64,000 nucleotides of DNA from Polyangiales bacterium (GCA_044224525.1 JBGAKI010000001.1:12917-76916); one strand, 5' to 3'. Shown: positions 20,667 through 31,629, numbered from the stretch's first letter. The notes: generated by a model not told the origin, from the letters alone. A program made the numbers and translations.

Positions 20667-21491
20667 TCAGCTTGGTGTCACGGTGCTTAGCTTGGCAACC
20701 AACGCACTCAGTAGGTTTTTCAAATCGCCAAAATTAGGCGTGCGTTTTTCAAACGTTGTCTCGTCCATATACACAGCGCGGTTGATTTCAATTTGAATGG
20801 CATGCTGCTGCTCGACAGGTCTTCCATAAAAACTGGTTGTAAAACCACCTTTATATGGATCGTCGTGTGCGATGCTCAGCCCGGCGCTACGAAAATGCGC
20901 ATCCACCATATCGATAAGCTTTGCACTGGCAGTGCTGCGACCTTGCGTGCCCGGCACAATATCCGCGCGCCTGACGCCAATGTCTTTGTGACCTGCGCGG
21001 CCCACAGACGGCATCGAGTGACCGGCTAAAATCAGCACATATCCAAACACTGCTTTGAGTTCATCGATACGTTGCTGCAACAGTTGATGGTAGGGTCGAT
21101 AATATGTTTTTACACGGTGTTCAAGTTGTTCAGGGGTGAGGGGTCTGGCGAGCACCACATTGCCATCCGTGCTCGTTCGCCAGATCACACCCCGCGGTTG
21201 CCCTGGTTGCGCCATGTGCGCGCCCATCACCGCCAATGGGTCAACATCGCTTTCATTTCGGTTCAAGTCCACCACGTATCGCGAAACGCTGGTTGAAAGC
21301 AAGGTTGCCCCGCTTGAGGGGCTATCGGCATACAGCTCATCAACATACAGGTCCGCGTCGCGCTTAAGCGTTTGCGTGTCGATATTAAGTTCGCTGCCAA
21401 TCTCGCCAGGAACCCACAAACCCGCATGCGGTACTTCCACAATCAACGGACGCGCCACTTGATTGGGTTCTGACAACTCAAGCCACTGCAT
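20667..21491 (-). CDS. N-formylglutamate amidohydrolase family protein
   Basis: VPHAG, DLYVDELY, SRYVVDLNR, HSMPS, PYKGG, QIEINR. Confidence 0.92.
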   Translation of the reverse strand: MQWLELSEPNQVARPLIVEVPHAGLWVPGEIGSELNIDTQTLKRDADLYVDELYADSPSSGATLLSTSVSRYVVDLNRNESDVDPLAVMGAHMAQPGQPRGVIWRTSTDGNVVLARPLTPEQLEHRVKTYYRPYHQLLQQRIDELKAVFGYVLILAGHSMPSVGRAGHKDIGVRRADIVPGTQGRSTASAKLIDMVDAHFRSAGLSIAHDDPYKGGFTTSFYGRPVEQQHAIQIEINRAVYMDETTFEKRTPNFGDLKNLLSALVAKLSTVTPS

Positions 21492-21514
21492 GTGGCTACT
21501 TTACCACACTGGGC

Positions 21515-23494
21515 CTATTCGGCGATCAGCCATTTGCTCGAGGTACCGAGCAACACAGTCCGTGCGATATCGTCTTTACTAAGCTCCGCGCGTTCGCATT
21601 CTTGTGCGCATATCTTTTCAAATGAAACGCCACTGGGTGTGCGCAGCAGCATGTCTTCCCAGGGTTTGGGTAAGTGAAACACATGCAGGGGCACACTGGG
21701 TTCGTTATTCACCTTCAGAATTTTATTGGCAAGCGGCTTCGTCGCCGATTCAAGCTCGGCGCTGTTAAGGGAAATCGCCGCATCCCGCATTAACTCGTGG
21801 GTGCTTTGCCCAAGCGGCAACGCTTCTTCTTGGCTCACCACGCCACGCACAAACGCCCATTCTCCTTCACCCCAGCGGAAGGCTTCAAGATAGCGATGCC
21901 TAAACTGGCGTACCACCGCGTGGAACAACTGCGAGGGACGAATCACGCCTTGACCCACCAATGCGTCACCCATGCGCCCGCCATAATGCGGCAGCACGTC
22001 AAGCGCGAGCCCCAGTTGTTGTTGATCACACACGCCCGTATCGACCAAAAATTGACCGAACATTTCTTTGGGATCGGTCGACGCCACAAACTCAGGTCGC
22101 CCATCAACAAAATAGATCTTCTTGCGGCGCGCCTGGTGATGCAAATAAAGCATGCCTGTTTCGCGGCCAATCGCGAGCTTGTGCGCGATTTCAAACAGCT
22201 TGCCATAGTCAATGCCGCCACGTTCATGCGACTGCGTCAAAATAATTTCGTCATTCCAATGCAGTGCGGGCGAAGTGACAAAACGCGCAAGCTCACTAAT
22301 CTTTTCAGCGGGCTGAGGCGGCGCGTCGTTCACAGAAATAGGCGTGCGTCCATTCACGTGACCGGTCGTGATAAGCTGAACCAGCTCCGGAAAGTTAACT
22401 TCAATAAAAGGCGAGGTCGCGCTAAGTTGCAAACGATAACCTGGCGAGCCGTAAACAGACACGTCGGTGGGCGACGGAATCGTTTGCGTACGATTGACTT
22501 CGCTCGACTCAAATTGCACAAGCCACGTTGGGCGCGTGTTTCGCTTGCGATGAGGCTCTTGGTCTTGCCCAACCGTAATCAGTTCAAGGCGCTCTAGCAG
22601 GCGCGTCAGAGCGTGCGCGCTCTCGGCCTTGGGGTCGCGCGTACGTAAGCTGATCTCAAGCGCCTTGGCATATTCCCCAGCGCTTGGACGTTGCTCGGGG
22701 TCGTGCGTGAGGCCGGCCTTGATTAACGACTTAACATCCTTAGGGATCGTGCGCGAGGTGTTCTCGAGCGCGCTAATGTCCGCATTACGAATGCGCAGCA
22801 GCACTTCGATATCATCACCCCCATTGAACAAGGGTCGCCCCAGAAGCATTTCCGCCAGCACGATGGAAAGGGTGAACACGTCGCTCTTGGGGGTCAGCGG
22901 CAAACCCATCACCTGCTCAGGTGACATATACCCAGGCTTACCGCGCACTTTGCCAGCGCCGGTATAGCGATCGGCGCTGTTGAGGCGGATAATGCCAAAA
23001 TCGCTCAGTTTGATGCGCCCGTCGCGTGAGAGCAGGATATTGGCCGGGCTCACGTCGCGGTGAATCAACCCCAAATGTTTGCCATCGTCGTCGCAGGCCT
23101 CGTGCAAATAGCTCAACGCGTCGGCAGTCTGCTTGGCAATGAACAGAGCGCTTTCCAGTGGCACTGTTTCGCGCCGCGAATGCACCGTGCGCAAAAGCTT
23201 GTTGACCTGCGTGCCGTCGACAAACTCCATCGCCAAATACAGGTGACCTTGTTCCTCACCAAAATCGAACACCTGCACAATCGACGGGTGCTCTAAGCGC
23301 GCGGCTGTGCGTGCTTCTTCGATAAAAAGCGATACGAATTCATTGTCTTGCGCATACTGTGGCAGAATCTGCTTAAGCGCCACGCGTTTAGCAAAGCCGT
23401 AGGGTCCTTTGCGCTTGGCAAGATAAACCTCGGCCATGCCACCCGTGGCTATGCGTCGCTCAATTTCGTATGCGCCTATCTTTGTGAGCGCCAA
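21515..23494 (-). CDS. Ser/Thr protein kinase with C-terminal DUF4388-like domain
   Basis: GGMAEVY, VALK, HRDVSPAN, DFG, GKPGYMSPE; C-terminal ETGMLYL...KIYFVDG...FRWGEGEWAF. Confidence 0.9.
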   Translation of the reverse strand: MALTKIGAYEIERRIATGGMAEVYLAKRKGPYGFAKRVALKQILPQYAQDNEFVSLFIEEARTAARLEHPSIVQVFDFGEEQGHLYLAMEFVDGTQVNKLLRTVHSRRETVPLESALFIAKQTADALSYLHEACDDDGKHLGLIHRDVSPANILLSRDGRIKLSDFGIIRLNSADRYTGAGKVRGKPGYMSPEQVMGLPLTPKSDVFTLSIVLAEMLLGRPLFNGGDDIEVLLRIRNADISALENTSRTIPKDVKSLIKAGLTHDPEQRPSAGEYAKALEISLRTRDPKAESAHALTRLLERLELITVGQDQEPHRKRNTRPTWLVQFESSEVNRTQTIPSPTDVSVYGSPGYRLQLSATSPFIEVNFPELVQLITTGHVNGRTPISVNDAPPQPAEKISELARFVTSPALHWNDEIILTQSHERGGIDYGKLFEIAHKLAIGRETGMLYLHHQARRKKIYFVDGRPEFVASTDPKEMFGQFLVDTGVCDQQQLGLALDVLPHYGGRMGDALVGQGVIRPSQLFHAVVRQFRHRYLEAFRWGEGEWAFVRGVVSQEEALPLGQSTHELMRDAAISLNSAELESATKPLANKILKVNNEPSVPLHVFHLPKPWEDMLLRTPSGVSFEKICAQECERAELSKDDIARTVLLGTSSKWLIAE

Positions 23495-23726
23495 ATTCTA
23501 GACTCCCCTCTAAGTCCCTTATACGCCCGAACCCTTATTCAAGATACAGTTCGGCATTCAATTTAAACGTCATCAAATCCGATTACTTGAGCGTTTTGTA
23601 TTGAAAAAACACGTAACTGAGCGCGAAGTGTCCCTTTTGACGCCAAATGGCCAAAAGGGCACCTATCGCGTTTTACAAAAAGCTGGTCTTTGAAAATGAC
23701 TGTACGGTAGAATCTTAAAACCTACC

Positions 23727-25466
23727 GTGAATCCAGAGCAAGCCGGACAATCCCTAGCTAAAAAAACGAAAAGTTTTCGTCGCGATGAATACCTTGGCCG
23801 CGTCATCGCGGGTCGTTATCGCCTAGAAACCCAACTGGGCGAGGGCGGAATGGGCGTTGTTTATCGCGCGCGTCACGTGCTGATCGATCGCACGGTGGCC
23901 GTGAAACTCATTCGTCCTGACTTGCGCAGTGAAACACATTTGCGCGCCTGGATGCTGCGTGAAGCCCGCGCTGCCAACCGCGTCGATCACGCGCATATCG
24001 TCGACATTCACGACGTAGGCGAAACCGAAGAGGGCGATCTGTATCTGGTGATGGAATACCTGGTCGGCACGTCGCTTGCGAGCGAGTGTGGCAAGGGTCC
24101 GATGCCGATTTCTCGCGCCGTCGACATTCTCGAGCAAATGTGCGCAGCGCTTGCGCGTGCCCACGATCTTGGCGTGGTGCATCGTGATCTAAAAAGCGAC
24201 AACATCATGCTCACCGATCGTGGCGGTCGTCGCGACTTTGTTAAGATTCTCGACTTTGGTTTGGCCGGGCTCGCCCGCGAAGCGCGTCTTGCTCCCAAGG
24301 GCGCCGTTTTTGGCACGCCCGAATACATGTCGCCCGAACAAGCACGTGGCGAAGATGCCAACGCACTGAGTGATCTCTATTCGCTCGGCATCTTGTTTTA
24401 CGAAATGCTCACCGGGCAGCTACCTTTCCGTTCGGGCGATCGCGAAACCTTGCTTGAAATGCAGCGCAGCGCACCATCTCCCAAACCGCGAGCCATTCGC
24501 GCCGACATCCCCGAAACGGCCGAAGGCATTATTCTTAAACTGCTCGAGAAAGACCCGCGTCGCCGCTTTCGTGACGGCCATCATCTTCAAGAAGAGCTCA
24601 AAGCATTTCAGCGTCAGTTGCCTTCAACCGCCGCATGGGAAGGCAAGCTCAGCGAGGTGCCAACCCCACCTTCGCCGCCCCCGGTGCGCACGCCCGATGT
24701 GGTTATTTGGAGCAAACAAGCGTCGCACTATGCACGCATGCTCGCGCGCTCATATCCCAACGGCCAAGCGCCAGTCAACGTGCAACAAGCCAGCGAACGC
24801 CTTTGGCAACTGGCCGCCAGTGCATCGCGTCTTGAGGGCGAGTTATCAAGTCACGCGCGCAAACTCGACGCCGTTGAGCGCCGTGGTCGTGCCCTCAGAG
24901 CTGAAATTGGTCGCCGCGTTGAAGATTTAGCGCAAGAGGAATCACGCGCCTTACGCGAAGCCGCGACCGAACGCGAACGTGAAGCACGCCTGCGCGCCTC
25001 AGTCGAAGAGGCCGAAAAAGTTTACGAGGCCGCTGAACGCAAAGCCACACAGCTCGATCAGCAAGGCAGCACCGATTTACCCACCATTCGCGTTGTGTTC
25101 GAGCAGCGCGGCGCTGCGCGCGCCAACGTGCAGGCGCTGCGCCAAGTGTGCGAAGATTATGAATCGCGTGCGCGTCGCCGTGAAAGTCACGCGCGCAGCC
25201 TGCGCCAGCAAATCGACGATTTGCGCCAACAGCTGCAGCGTTACAGCGAAGCACTTGAAAGTGATTTGGCGCTCGGTCGCGAAAAGATCGCCTCACGTGT
25301 GCAAGAAGCCTTGCAGTTTGAAAGTGGTTTCGCTGAGGGTGCCAAGGTGCTTTTCGAGCATCTGCGCGAACGGCCCGAATGCCGCGATTTGCTCAAAGAG
25401 CTCACCGACGAAAACAACAAAAACAAGCCAATGTCGGAAGTGGCGCCCGCGCGTGCAGCGCAATAA
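23727..25466 (+). CDS. Ser/Thr protein kinase with C-terminal coiled coil
   Basis: GEGGMGVVY, VAVK, HRDLKSDN, DFG, GTPEYMSPE. Confidence 0.93.
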   Translation: MNPEQAGQSLAKKTKSFRRDEYLGRVIAGRYRLETQLGEGGMGVVYRARHVLIDRTVAVKLIRPDLRSETHLRAWMLREARAANRVDHAHIVDIHDVGETEEGDLYLVMEYLVGTSLASECGKGPMPISRAVDILEQMCAALARAHDLGVVHRDLKSDNIMLTDRGGRRDFVKILDFGLAGLAREARLAPKGAVFGTPEYMSPEQARGEDANALSDLYSLGILFYEMLTGQLPFRSGDRETLLEMQRSAPSPKPRAIRADIPETAEGIILKLLEKDPRRRFRDGHHLQEELKAFQRQLPSTAAWEGKLSEVPTPPSPPPVRTPDVVIWSKQASHYARMLARSYPNGQAPVNVQQASERLWQLAASASRLEGELSSHARKLDAVERRGRALRAEIGRRVEDLAQEESRALREAATEREREARLRASVEEAEKVYEAAERKATQLDQQGSTDLPTIRVVFEQRGAARANVQALRQVCEDYESRARRRESHARSLRQQIDDLRQQLQRYSEALESDLALGREKIASRVQEALQFESGFAEGAKVLFEHLRERPECRDLLKELTDENNKNKPMSEVAPARAAQ

Positions 25467-25559
25467 TCGCCCGGTTGCCCTACAAACGCACGACACACTG
25501 GCAGCCTGAGAAAACTTGGCTATAGTAGCCTCGGTTTGCCCATTGGCAGTAAGGTGTAT

Positions 25560-25643
25560 GGCCGAATGGCGGAATTGGCAGACGCGCCGGATTCAAAATC
25601 CGGTGCCCGCAAGGGCGTGTCGGTTCGACCCCGACTTCGGCTA
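25560..25643 (+). tRNA. tRNA-Leu(CAA), CCA not encoded
   Basis: Cloverleaf: GGCCGAA/TTCGGCT acceptor, CCGGA-TTCAAAA-TCCGG anticodon arm, long variable arm. Confidence 0.95.
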
Positions 25644-25652
25644 CTAATAGTT

Positions 25653-25680
25653 GGTGACATGCACTTTAGTGCGTGTCACC
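25653..25680. repeat. 28-bp REP-like palindrome
   Basis: ggtgacatgcactttagtgcgtgtcacc; identical copy at 61883. Confidence 0.9.
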
Positions 25681-25728
25681 AAATCAAGTGGGTGACATAA
25701 ACCTCACCAAAATAAAGGAGTCCAAACC

Positions 25729-26058
25729 ATGGCCAAGCTAGAGAGCTTTCTGAAAGAAAACAAAATCGACACACGCAGAGTGGTCGCTGCATCCAAAGCG
25801 GTCGAGCGTTTTACCCGTGAAGACTACGCGCTCAAGCTCGCCAAGCGCCGCGCCAAAGCCGGTGATGCAAGCGATGCCGACAAAGAAAAAGCGGCTGGCA
25901 AGCCCCATTCAGGCAAACCCGTTTCAGCGCCAGCGATTCAGCGAGCGTTGGCCGGTAAACCTGTCAGTGGCGCCACCAAAACCCGTATTTTGCGCGCTGT
26001 GAATCGGGTGCTTGAGCAAAAGAAAAAAGCGGCTGTTGACTTACGTGCCCTTTGGTAA
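25729..26058 (+). CDS. Small basic (Lys/Ala-rich) protein, possible HTH DNA-binding protein
   Basis: AAGGAG RBS; VSAPAIQRALAGKPVSGATKTRILRA resembles a LacI-type recognition helix region. Confidence 0.75.
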   Translation: MAKLESFLKENKIDTRRVVAASKAVERFTREDYALKLAKRRAKAGDASDADKEKAAGKPHSGKPVSAPAIQRALAGKPVSGATKTRILRAVNRVLEQKKKAAVDLRALW

Positions 26059-26084
26059 GTAATCTGAGGGCTCTGGGTTAAATA

Positions 26085-26411
26085 ATGACAACCAACCGCA
26101 GCAAGCTCTCAAACGAAGACATCCAAAGTGCTCTCAAAGGGTTGCCCAAATGGGCATATGCCAATGGTGTATTATCGCGCCAAGTGCACCTGACATCCTA
26201 CAGACAAGGCTCGCTCTGGCTCGCGCATATTGTCGACGCCGCCGAGCAGCACGATCATCATCCCGACATGACCTTGACCTACAGCGAGCTCGACATTCGC
26301 TTGTCAACGCATGACGCGGGTGGTGTGACGCAGCTTGATTTTCAGATGGCAGCTTTCATCGATGAAATCATCGACGACGAAACCACCATCAAACAAATCA
26401 CCATCCCTTAG
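26085..26411 (+). CDS. Pterin-4-alpha-carbinolamine dehydratase
   Basis: AEQHDHHPDM and LSTHDAGGVTQLD motifs. Confidence 0.93.
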   Translation: MTTNRSKLSNEDIQSALKGLPKWAYANGVLSRQVHLTSYRQGSLWLAHIVDAAEQHDHHPDMTLTYSELDIRLSTHDAGGVTQLDFQMAAFIDEIIDDETTIKQITIP

Positions 26412-26557
26412 CGCTACCCGCCTTGTGAAAACGAGGTGACGTTGTGGCTCCTCACTTGCAGGCGCTAACGCGCATGCTACATTTTAACCGTCAGGGCGCA
26501 ATTAGTTTCTTACTTGTATAACCAAACGCTCGCCCTTGCGTTTGACTTAGCTTAGAT

Positions 26558-27778
26558 ATGCACAAAAAGTGTAATTTACTAATCGTATCCATATGTTGTA
26601 GCCTTTATGCATGTATTTCACACGATGCATTGAGTAGCGATTCCTCGGCCGACGAGGCGCCTCTGCTTTCTGACAATCAATGTCAGCGTTACCGCTTCGA
26701 GGCAGACATTAACGAGCGAGCTACCGATGCAGATTTCTGCAGCGCGCAAGCGTATACGTGCAGCAGCTTCATGAAGTCATCGCAGAGTGCAGATCGCTGT
26801 GGCATTCAGTATAACGAATGTCTAACGGCCACCGTTGCTGACTCGGCACGGCCTTATTTTCTTTACCCTCAAGCGCTCTACTACATCGATGGTGGCAAGT
26901 TCGTTGCGACCTCCTCCGACGCGACAATTTACTACGCAAAGCACGGTATGGATTTGGGCGATGGGTACGCCATCTCCATGGCGAGCGGTAACGGCGTAAA
27001 CTTTGCCACCAAGATCGTTGTCGATGTGAACGGAAATCGTTACGCCCACGCGTGGTTACCTAGCATCGAGAACAATCGGCGATATGAGTTGACAAGTCTG
27101 CTCGAATTCCAACAGGGGGATATCGCTGCACTTGGTGTTACCCCACGTTTAGCGGAAAACAGAACCGACAATCTATTAACAACGGTAAAAGAAGCGGGCA
27201 ATCCACATCAGCTTGGTGACGCGCTCTGGCAACTTCGCGGAAACATTGCCGTGAAGAGATTCTACCAAGGCGATAAACTGCGTATCGTTCATTCGCCGCA
27301 GCTGGTTAGGTTCGCTTCACTAAAAAGCGGGCGTTCCAGTTCAGATGTCTTTCATATTACCACAGTGAATATAGACGACACGTCGCGCAACAGTTTTGGT
27401 CCATCCAATGGCACTTTTTATCCGCCACCAACAATGCCTATCGCATGGCAGCCCCTCCCGCCCAAGGACATTTTGCAGACACCAGTCATAAGTGGTTCCA
27501 GTGATCGTTGGAGCGGTTTGGTGGAACTACCCGTGCCTGGAAATCAACCTATTCAAGAGAATCACGCACTCAGCTACGACTCGCGTCTTTGTCGTATCAA
27601 GGATACAAATACGATCATTGCGGAGATTTATGCTTGCGGCGAGTTACTGCGACCGGAGCACATGGTTACGCCGCTGGTTCGAGATCTCGCGCTCAATATC
27701 GATCAGCTGGCCGGTCAAAATACGACAAGAGTATGTCCAGAAGGTTACCAAGCGTTTAACCGACACAATATTCACTAG
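26558..27778 (+). CDS. Hypothetical lipoprotein
   Basis: 406-aa ORF, lipobox-like LYAC, Cys-rich N-terminal region. Confidence 0.7.
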   Translation: MHKKCNLLIVSICCSLYACISHDALSSDSSADEAPLLSDNQCQRYRFEADINERATDADFCSAQAYTCSSFMKSSQSADRCGIQYNECLTATVADSARPYFLYPQALYYIDGGKFVATSSDATIYYAKHGMDLGDGYAISMASGNGVNFATKIVVDVNGNRYAHAWLPSIENNRRYELTSLLEFQQGDIAALGVTPRLAENRTDNLLTTVKEAGNPHQLGDALWQLRGNIAVKRFYQGDKLRIVHSPQLVRFASLKSGRSSSDVFHITTVNIDDTSRNSFGPSNGTFYPPPTMPIAWQPLPPKDILQTPVISGSSDRWSGLVELPVPGNQPIQENHALSYDSRLCRIKDTNTIIAEIYACGELLRPEHMVTPLVRDLALNIDQLAGQNTTRVCPEGYQAFNRHNIH

Positions 27779-27793
27779 CGCGGCATATAATGC

Positions 27794-28669
27794 TTAGGGT
27801 GCTAGTTCCACCTTAACTTGAGCGTGGATAAGGTCGTGTTTGACAGCCTCGCTGAATAGATGATCGATCGCGCGCAGCACATCCTGCGCAAAAGCAGCTG
27901 TGTCGCGGTTGGCGTACATGTCTAAATAACGCTCCAGGTTCTGGCGGCTCAACGTGAGTGCTTCGCGCGTTTGTTCTGCCAGCATTTCGTCGATAACTTG
28001 GTGCTTATTCGTCATCGCCCAAGCGATGCTTTCTCCCAACAGCTTCGAGACCGCGGCCATATGCGCTTGCCCAAGTTGACGGTTGATGACGTTAACACCA
28101 AGAGGCAGCGGCATGCCGGTCTTACGAAGCCACGCTTCGCCGATATCTAAAATGCAATGCGTATTATAACTATCAAAAAGCAGGCGCCCTTCGTGAATCA
28201 GTAACGCCGCATCGACGTCACCCTTTTTGAGCGCATCAAACACTTTAGAAAAAGGCGTAATTGGCACAATTTTAGCTTGAAAGTTGCCAATTAACAGACG
28301 CAACACAAGATACGCCGTAGTGCGCATGCCCGGCACCGCGATAACGCATTTCTTGAGCATCTCGAGGTCCATTGGCGCGTTGCTGACGACCACGGGTCCG
28401 TAGCCACGCCCCACACTCGCTCCGTGCGGTAAGAGCATATAGTCCTGCGTCAAATACGCATATTGATGCAGCGACACCGCGCACACGTCGGGCGCTTCAA
28501 AGCCCTTATTTTTTGCGCTCAGCGCGGCAAGCTGATTGAGTGCTTCGGTATCGGCCTGGTGATGTTCAAACACATAGTCGCCCGAGGGCACATAGCCTTT
28601 CTTGAGCGCCCAAAACATGAACGCATCGTCCGAATCGGGGCTGTAGTAAAGCTTAATGGTTTTCATCAC
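27794..28669 (-). CDS. mqnD: 1,4-dihydroxy-6-naphthoate synthase (MqnD family)
   Basis: SPDSDDAFMF, GRGYGP, AVPGMRTTA, LIHEG, PLPLG. Confidence 0.88.
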   Translation of the reverse strand: MMKTIKLYYSPDSDDAFMFWALKKGYVPSGDYVFEHHQADTEALNQLAALSAKNKGFEAPDVCAVSLHQYAYLTQDYMLLPHGASVGRGYGPVVVSNAPMDLEMLKKCVIAVPGMRTTAYLVLRLLIGNFQAKIVPITPFSKVFDALKKGDVDAALLIHEGRLLFDSYNTHCILDIGEAWLRKTGMPLPLGVNVINRQLGQAHMAAVSKLLGESIAWAMTNKHQVIDEMLAEQTREALTLSRQNLERYLDMYANRDTAAFAQDVLRAIDHLFSEAVKHDLIHAQVKVELAP

Positions 28670-30033
28670 TCACCGGCAATGATCATGGAGCTCACCCGGA
28701 AAGTGGGCACGGCGACGGAGCTACGAAAATCAAGGTCGCTCGCCACAGCATCAATGCGCTGCCAAAAGTCACTAAAATTGAGCGAGATGGTGACCTCAGA
28801 CACAGGAAACTTAAACTCACCACGTTCCACCCAAAAACCCGATGCCCCTCGACTAAAATCGCCCGTCACCGCATTGAAGCCAAAGCCCATCGTGTCCGTG
28901 ACGTAAAATGCGCGGTCGGTCTTTTTAAGCAACTCGTCGCGTGTAATATTGCCCGGTTGCAAAATAAAGTTGGTCGTTGACACACCCACACTGCCAGCGC
29001 CACCGCGCGATGCGCTTGCGGTGCTCTTCTTGTTGAGTTTGCGCGCGCTGTAGCTATCGAGCAAGAAGGTCTTCAACACCCCTTTATCGACCACCACATT
29101 ACGGCGCGACAAGAGCCCCTCGCCATCGAAAGGTCGTGAACCAGGTGCACGAGGCAAAAGTGGGTCATCGATGATGTTGACGAGTGCACTGGCAATTTTT
29201 GCGCCTTCGCGTTCGGCAAGGTAACTTGATTTACGCCAAACCGCCCCGCCACTGATGCAGCTTGCGAACAAACCAAGCAAACCGCGTCCGGCGTCAGGGT
29301 CAAAAATCACCGCGACTTCTTGCGACGGGATTTTACGCGGCCCAAGCCGCTCCAAAACTTTTTGTGCTGCTTCTTTGCCAACGTCGACTTCATCGCGCAG
29401 ATGCCTTAGATGCCGTTCAGCGGTCCACGCCACATCGCGTCGTTTCTTGCCATCGGCATCGTCGACAACCGGCTGCACACTTAGCGACGCATAGGTGCCT
29501 TGATATGTACCTTCAAAACCGCCCGTTGTCACCAGCGCCGAAGCGCCCTCAACGCGCGAGAAGCTAGCGCCTTCGCTGTTTTTGATGCGCGCATCCGCGT
29601 CAAACGCCGCTTTTTCACCCCGTTTGGCGCGTTCGATGGCTTGCGCGGCATCCACGTCCGCAAGACTTGGATCGTACAAATCAAGGTCTTCAATTTCATC
29701 TTGCGAAGCCAATAAGCTCGCTTCGGGCGGCGCCGCAAAAGGATCGGGCTCGGCAAGCTTCACCAGCTCGAGCGCATCATCAACCAAACGACGAATGCCC
29801 GCGTCCGATAGATCGCTTGTTGCGGTAAGCGCAACGCGCTCGTTTTTGATGACCCTGAGCCCCGCTGATAGCGATCCCGCTTCTTCAACCAACTCGGGTT
29901 CTTGCAGGCGCACTTTGGTCGACAAATGCTGACTTTGACGCACCGCCACTTCGGCAACATCGGCGCCTTTGTTGTGCGCCATGCTCGCAATTTGTTGCCC
30001 CAATACTAAAAGTCGTTCGCTGTCGATGGTCAT
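28666..30033 (-). CDS. pmbA: PmbA/TldE protein
   Basis: SRPFDGEG, NAVTGDFSRG; lacks HExxxH; paired with tldD. Confidence 0.9.
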   Translation of the reverse strand: MTIDSERLLVLGQQIASMAHNKGADVAEVAVRQSQHLSTKVRLQEPELVEEAGSLSAGLRVIKNERVALTATSDLSDAGIRRLVDDALELVKLAEPDPFAAPPEASLLASQDEIEDLDLYDPSLADVDAAQAIERAKRGEKAAFDADARIKNSEGASFSRVEGASALVTTGGFEGTYQGTYASLSVQPVVDDADGKKRRDVAWTAERHLRHLRDEVDVGKEAAQKVLERLGPRKIPSQEVAVIFDPDAGRGLLGLFASCISGGAVWRKSSYLAEREGAKIASALVNIIDDPLLPRAPGSRPFDGEGLLSRRNVVVDKGVLKTFLLDSYSARKLNKKSTASASRGGAGSVGVSTTNFILQPGNITRDELLKKTDRAFYVTDTMGFGFNAVTGDFSRGASGFWVERGEFKFPVSEVTISLNFSDFWQRIDAVASDLDFRSSVAVPTFRVSSMIIAGE

Positions 30034-30036
30034 AAA

Positions 30037-31476
30037 TTAGCCAAGTTGTGTTCCGCCCACGGTCATCGAGCTTATTTTTATGGTCGGGCAACCCACACCT
30101 ACGGGCACCGATTGACCTTGTTTACCACATGTCCACATGCCATCGGACAGCTCAAAATCAGCGCCCAACATACTGACGCGTCGCATCACTTCAGGGCCAT
30201 TGCCGATCAGATTAACATCTTTAAGCGGTGCGGTGATCTTGCCGTTTTCGATCAGATAACTTTCTGTCAACGAGAAGACAAAGTCGCCATTGGAAATATC
30301 AACTTGCCCACCGCCAAAACGTTTGGCGTACACGCCGCGTTCAACACTGCGCACGATGTCTTCGGGGTTATCTTTGCCGGCAAGTAGCAGCGTATTGGTC
30401 ATGCGTGGCATGGGGTGCGAGCGAAAACTTTCACGTCGCCCGTGGCCATTGGGTTGCACCTTAAAATGTTTGGCCGATTGTTTGTCGTGCATGTACTGCT
30501 TGAGCACGCCCTGTTCGATTAGCACGACGCTGCTTGGCACTTGGCCTTCATCGTCGACGTTGATGCTGCCGCGCGAACTCGCAAAGGTGGCATCATCAAC
30601 CACGGTGCACAGTTCGCTCGCTACGTTGTGGCCAATCTGATCGGTGTAGTTGCTGGTGCGCTTGCGATTAAAATCTGCCTCAAGCCCATGGCCCACCGCC
30701 TCATGCAGCAAGATGCCGCTATCGCCGGGTGCCAATATCACAGGCAACTCGCCCGCCGGTGCCTCGCGAGCATCGAGCATTCTAAGTGCATGTTCGGCCG
30801 CTTGTTTGCCATGCCACTCGGGTGACTTGTCATCGAAATAACTCAGATCCATGCGCCCGCCGCCCCCCGATGAACCCGACTGGCGTTTGCCTTGATGTTC
30901 AGCGATGGCGCGCACCCCGATACGCATCAGCGGTTGCACGTCACTCACCCATGCACCATCGCTCGTTGCGATCAATACCTCGCGGTACTCTTCACTGAGC
31001 GACGCTTCAACGCGCACAATGCGGCCATCAACCGCGCGCGCGGCTTTATCCGCACGTTCAAGCAATGCGCGTTTGTCGACGCCGGGCACATCGATCACTT
31101 GACCTCGCAGTGAATAACGATCGGGTGTCGACAATATCTGGAGCGCAACAGGTGCCGTCGCCTGACCACTTTGCGCAATTTGCGCGGCCGTGATTGCAGC
31201 CCGCTTGAGCGAGGCGTGGTCAAGGTCTTCTACGTACGCATAACCGGTAGCGTCGCCGCGCACTACGCGCACCCCAAGGCCAAGCGTGACCGAACGACCC
31301 AGTGTTTTAAGGATGCCCTCATCCCAAACAAAACTGCCACCGATGGCGTATTCAAAATAAAGGTCGGCATATTCGCCGCCTTTTGAAAGGGCCAGAGCCA
31401 AAAGCTCTTGAGCAAGCTTGGGGTCGATGGGACTCGCGCCTTTTTCGTGAAAAGGCGCGCGATATTGATATGCCAC
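30037..31476 (-). CDS. tldD: Metalloprotease TldD
   Basis: LLHEAVGHGLEAD, PRMTNT, CGKQGQSVPVG. Confidence 0.93.
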   Translation of the reverse strand: MAYQYRAPFHEKGASPIDPKLAQELLALALSKGGEYADLYFEYAIGGSFVWDEGILKTLGRSVTLGLGVRVVRGDATGYAYVEDLDHASLKRAAITAAQIAQSGQATAPVALQILSTPDRYSLRGQVIDVPGVDKRALLERADKAARAVDGRIVRVEASLSEEYREVLIATSDGAWVSDVQPLMRIGVRAIAEHQGKRQSGSSGGGGRMDLSYFDDKSPEWHGKQAAEHALRMLDAREAPAGELPVILAPGDSGILLHEAVGHGLEADFNRKRTSNYTDQIGHNVASELCTVVDDATFASSRGSINVDDEGQVPSSVVLIEQGVLKQYMHDKQSAKHFKVQPNGHGRRESFRSHPMPRMTNTLLLAGKDNPEDIVRSVERGVYAKRFGGGQVDISNGDFVFSLTESYLIENGKITAPLKDVNLIGNGPEVMRRVSMLGADFELSDGMWTCGKQGQSVPVGVGCPTIKISSMTVGGTQLG

Positions 31477-31629
31477 GCTATCAGTTTAATCACTGAAACT
31501 CAGAACGCCAAGGACTATCTGCCTGGCGATGAAACCCCTCATGCGCCGTGGCGTCACGCCATGTTCTTATCGCTTTTAGGCCCTTTCGTGCGGTGCTACT
31601 CGCAAACGATTGTATCATGACTTGGGCTG

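Noticed and set aside
27794..31476. tldD-pmbA as part of a RiPP cluster
   Set aside because: No precursor or YcaO/other maturase adjacent; context with mqnD looks housekeeping
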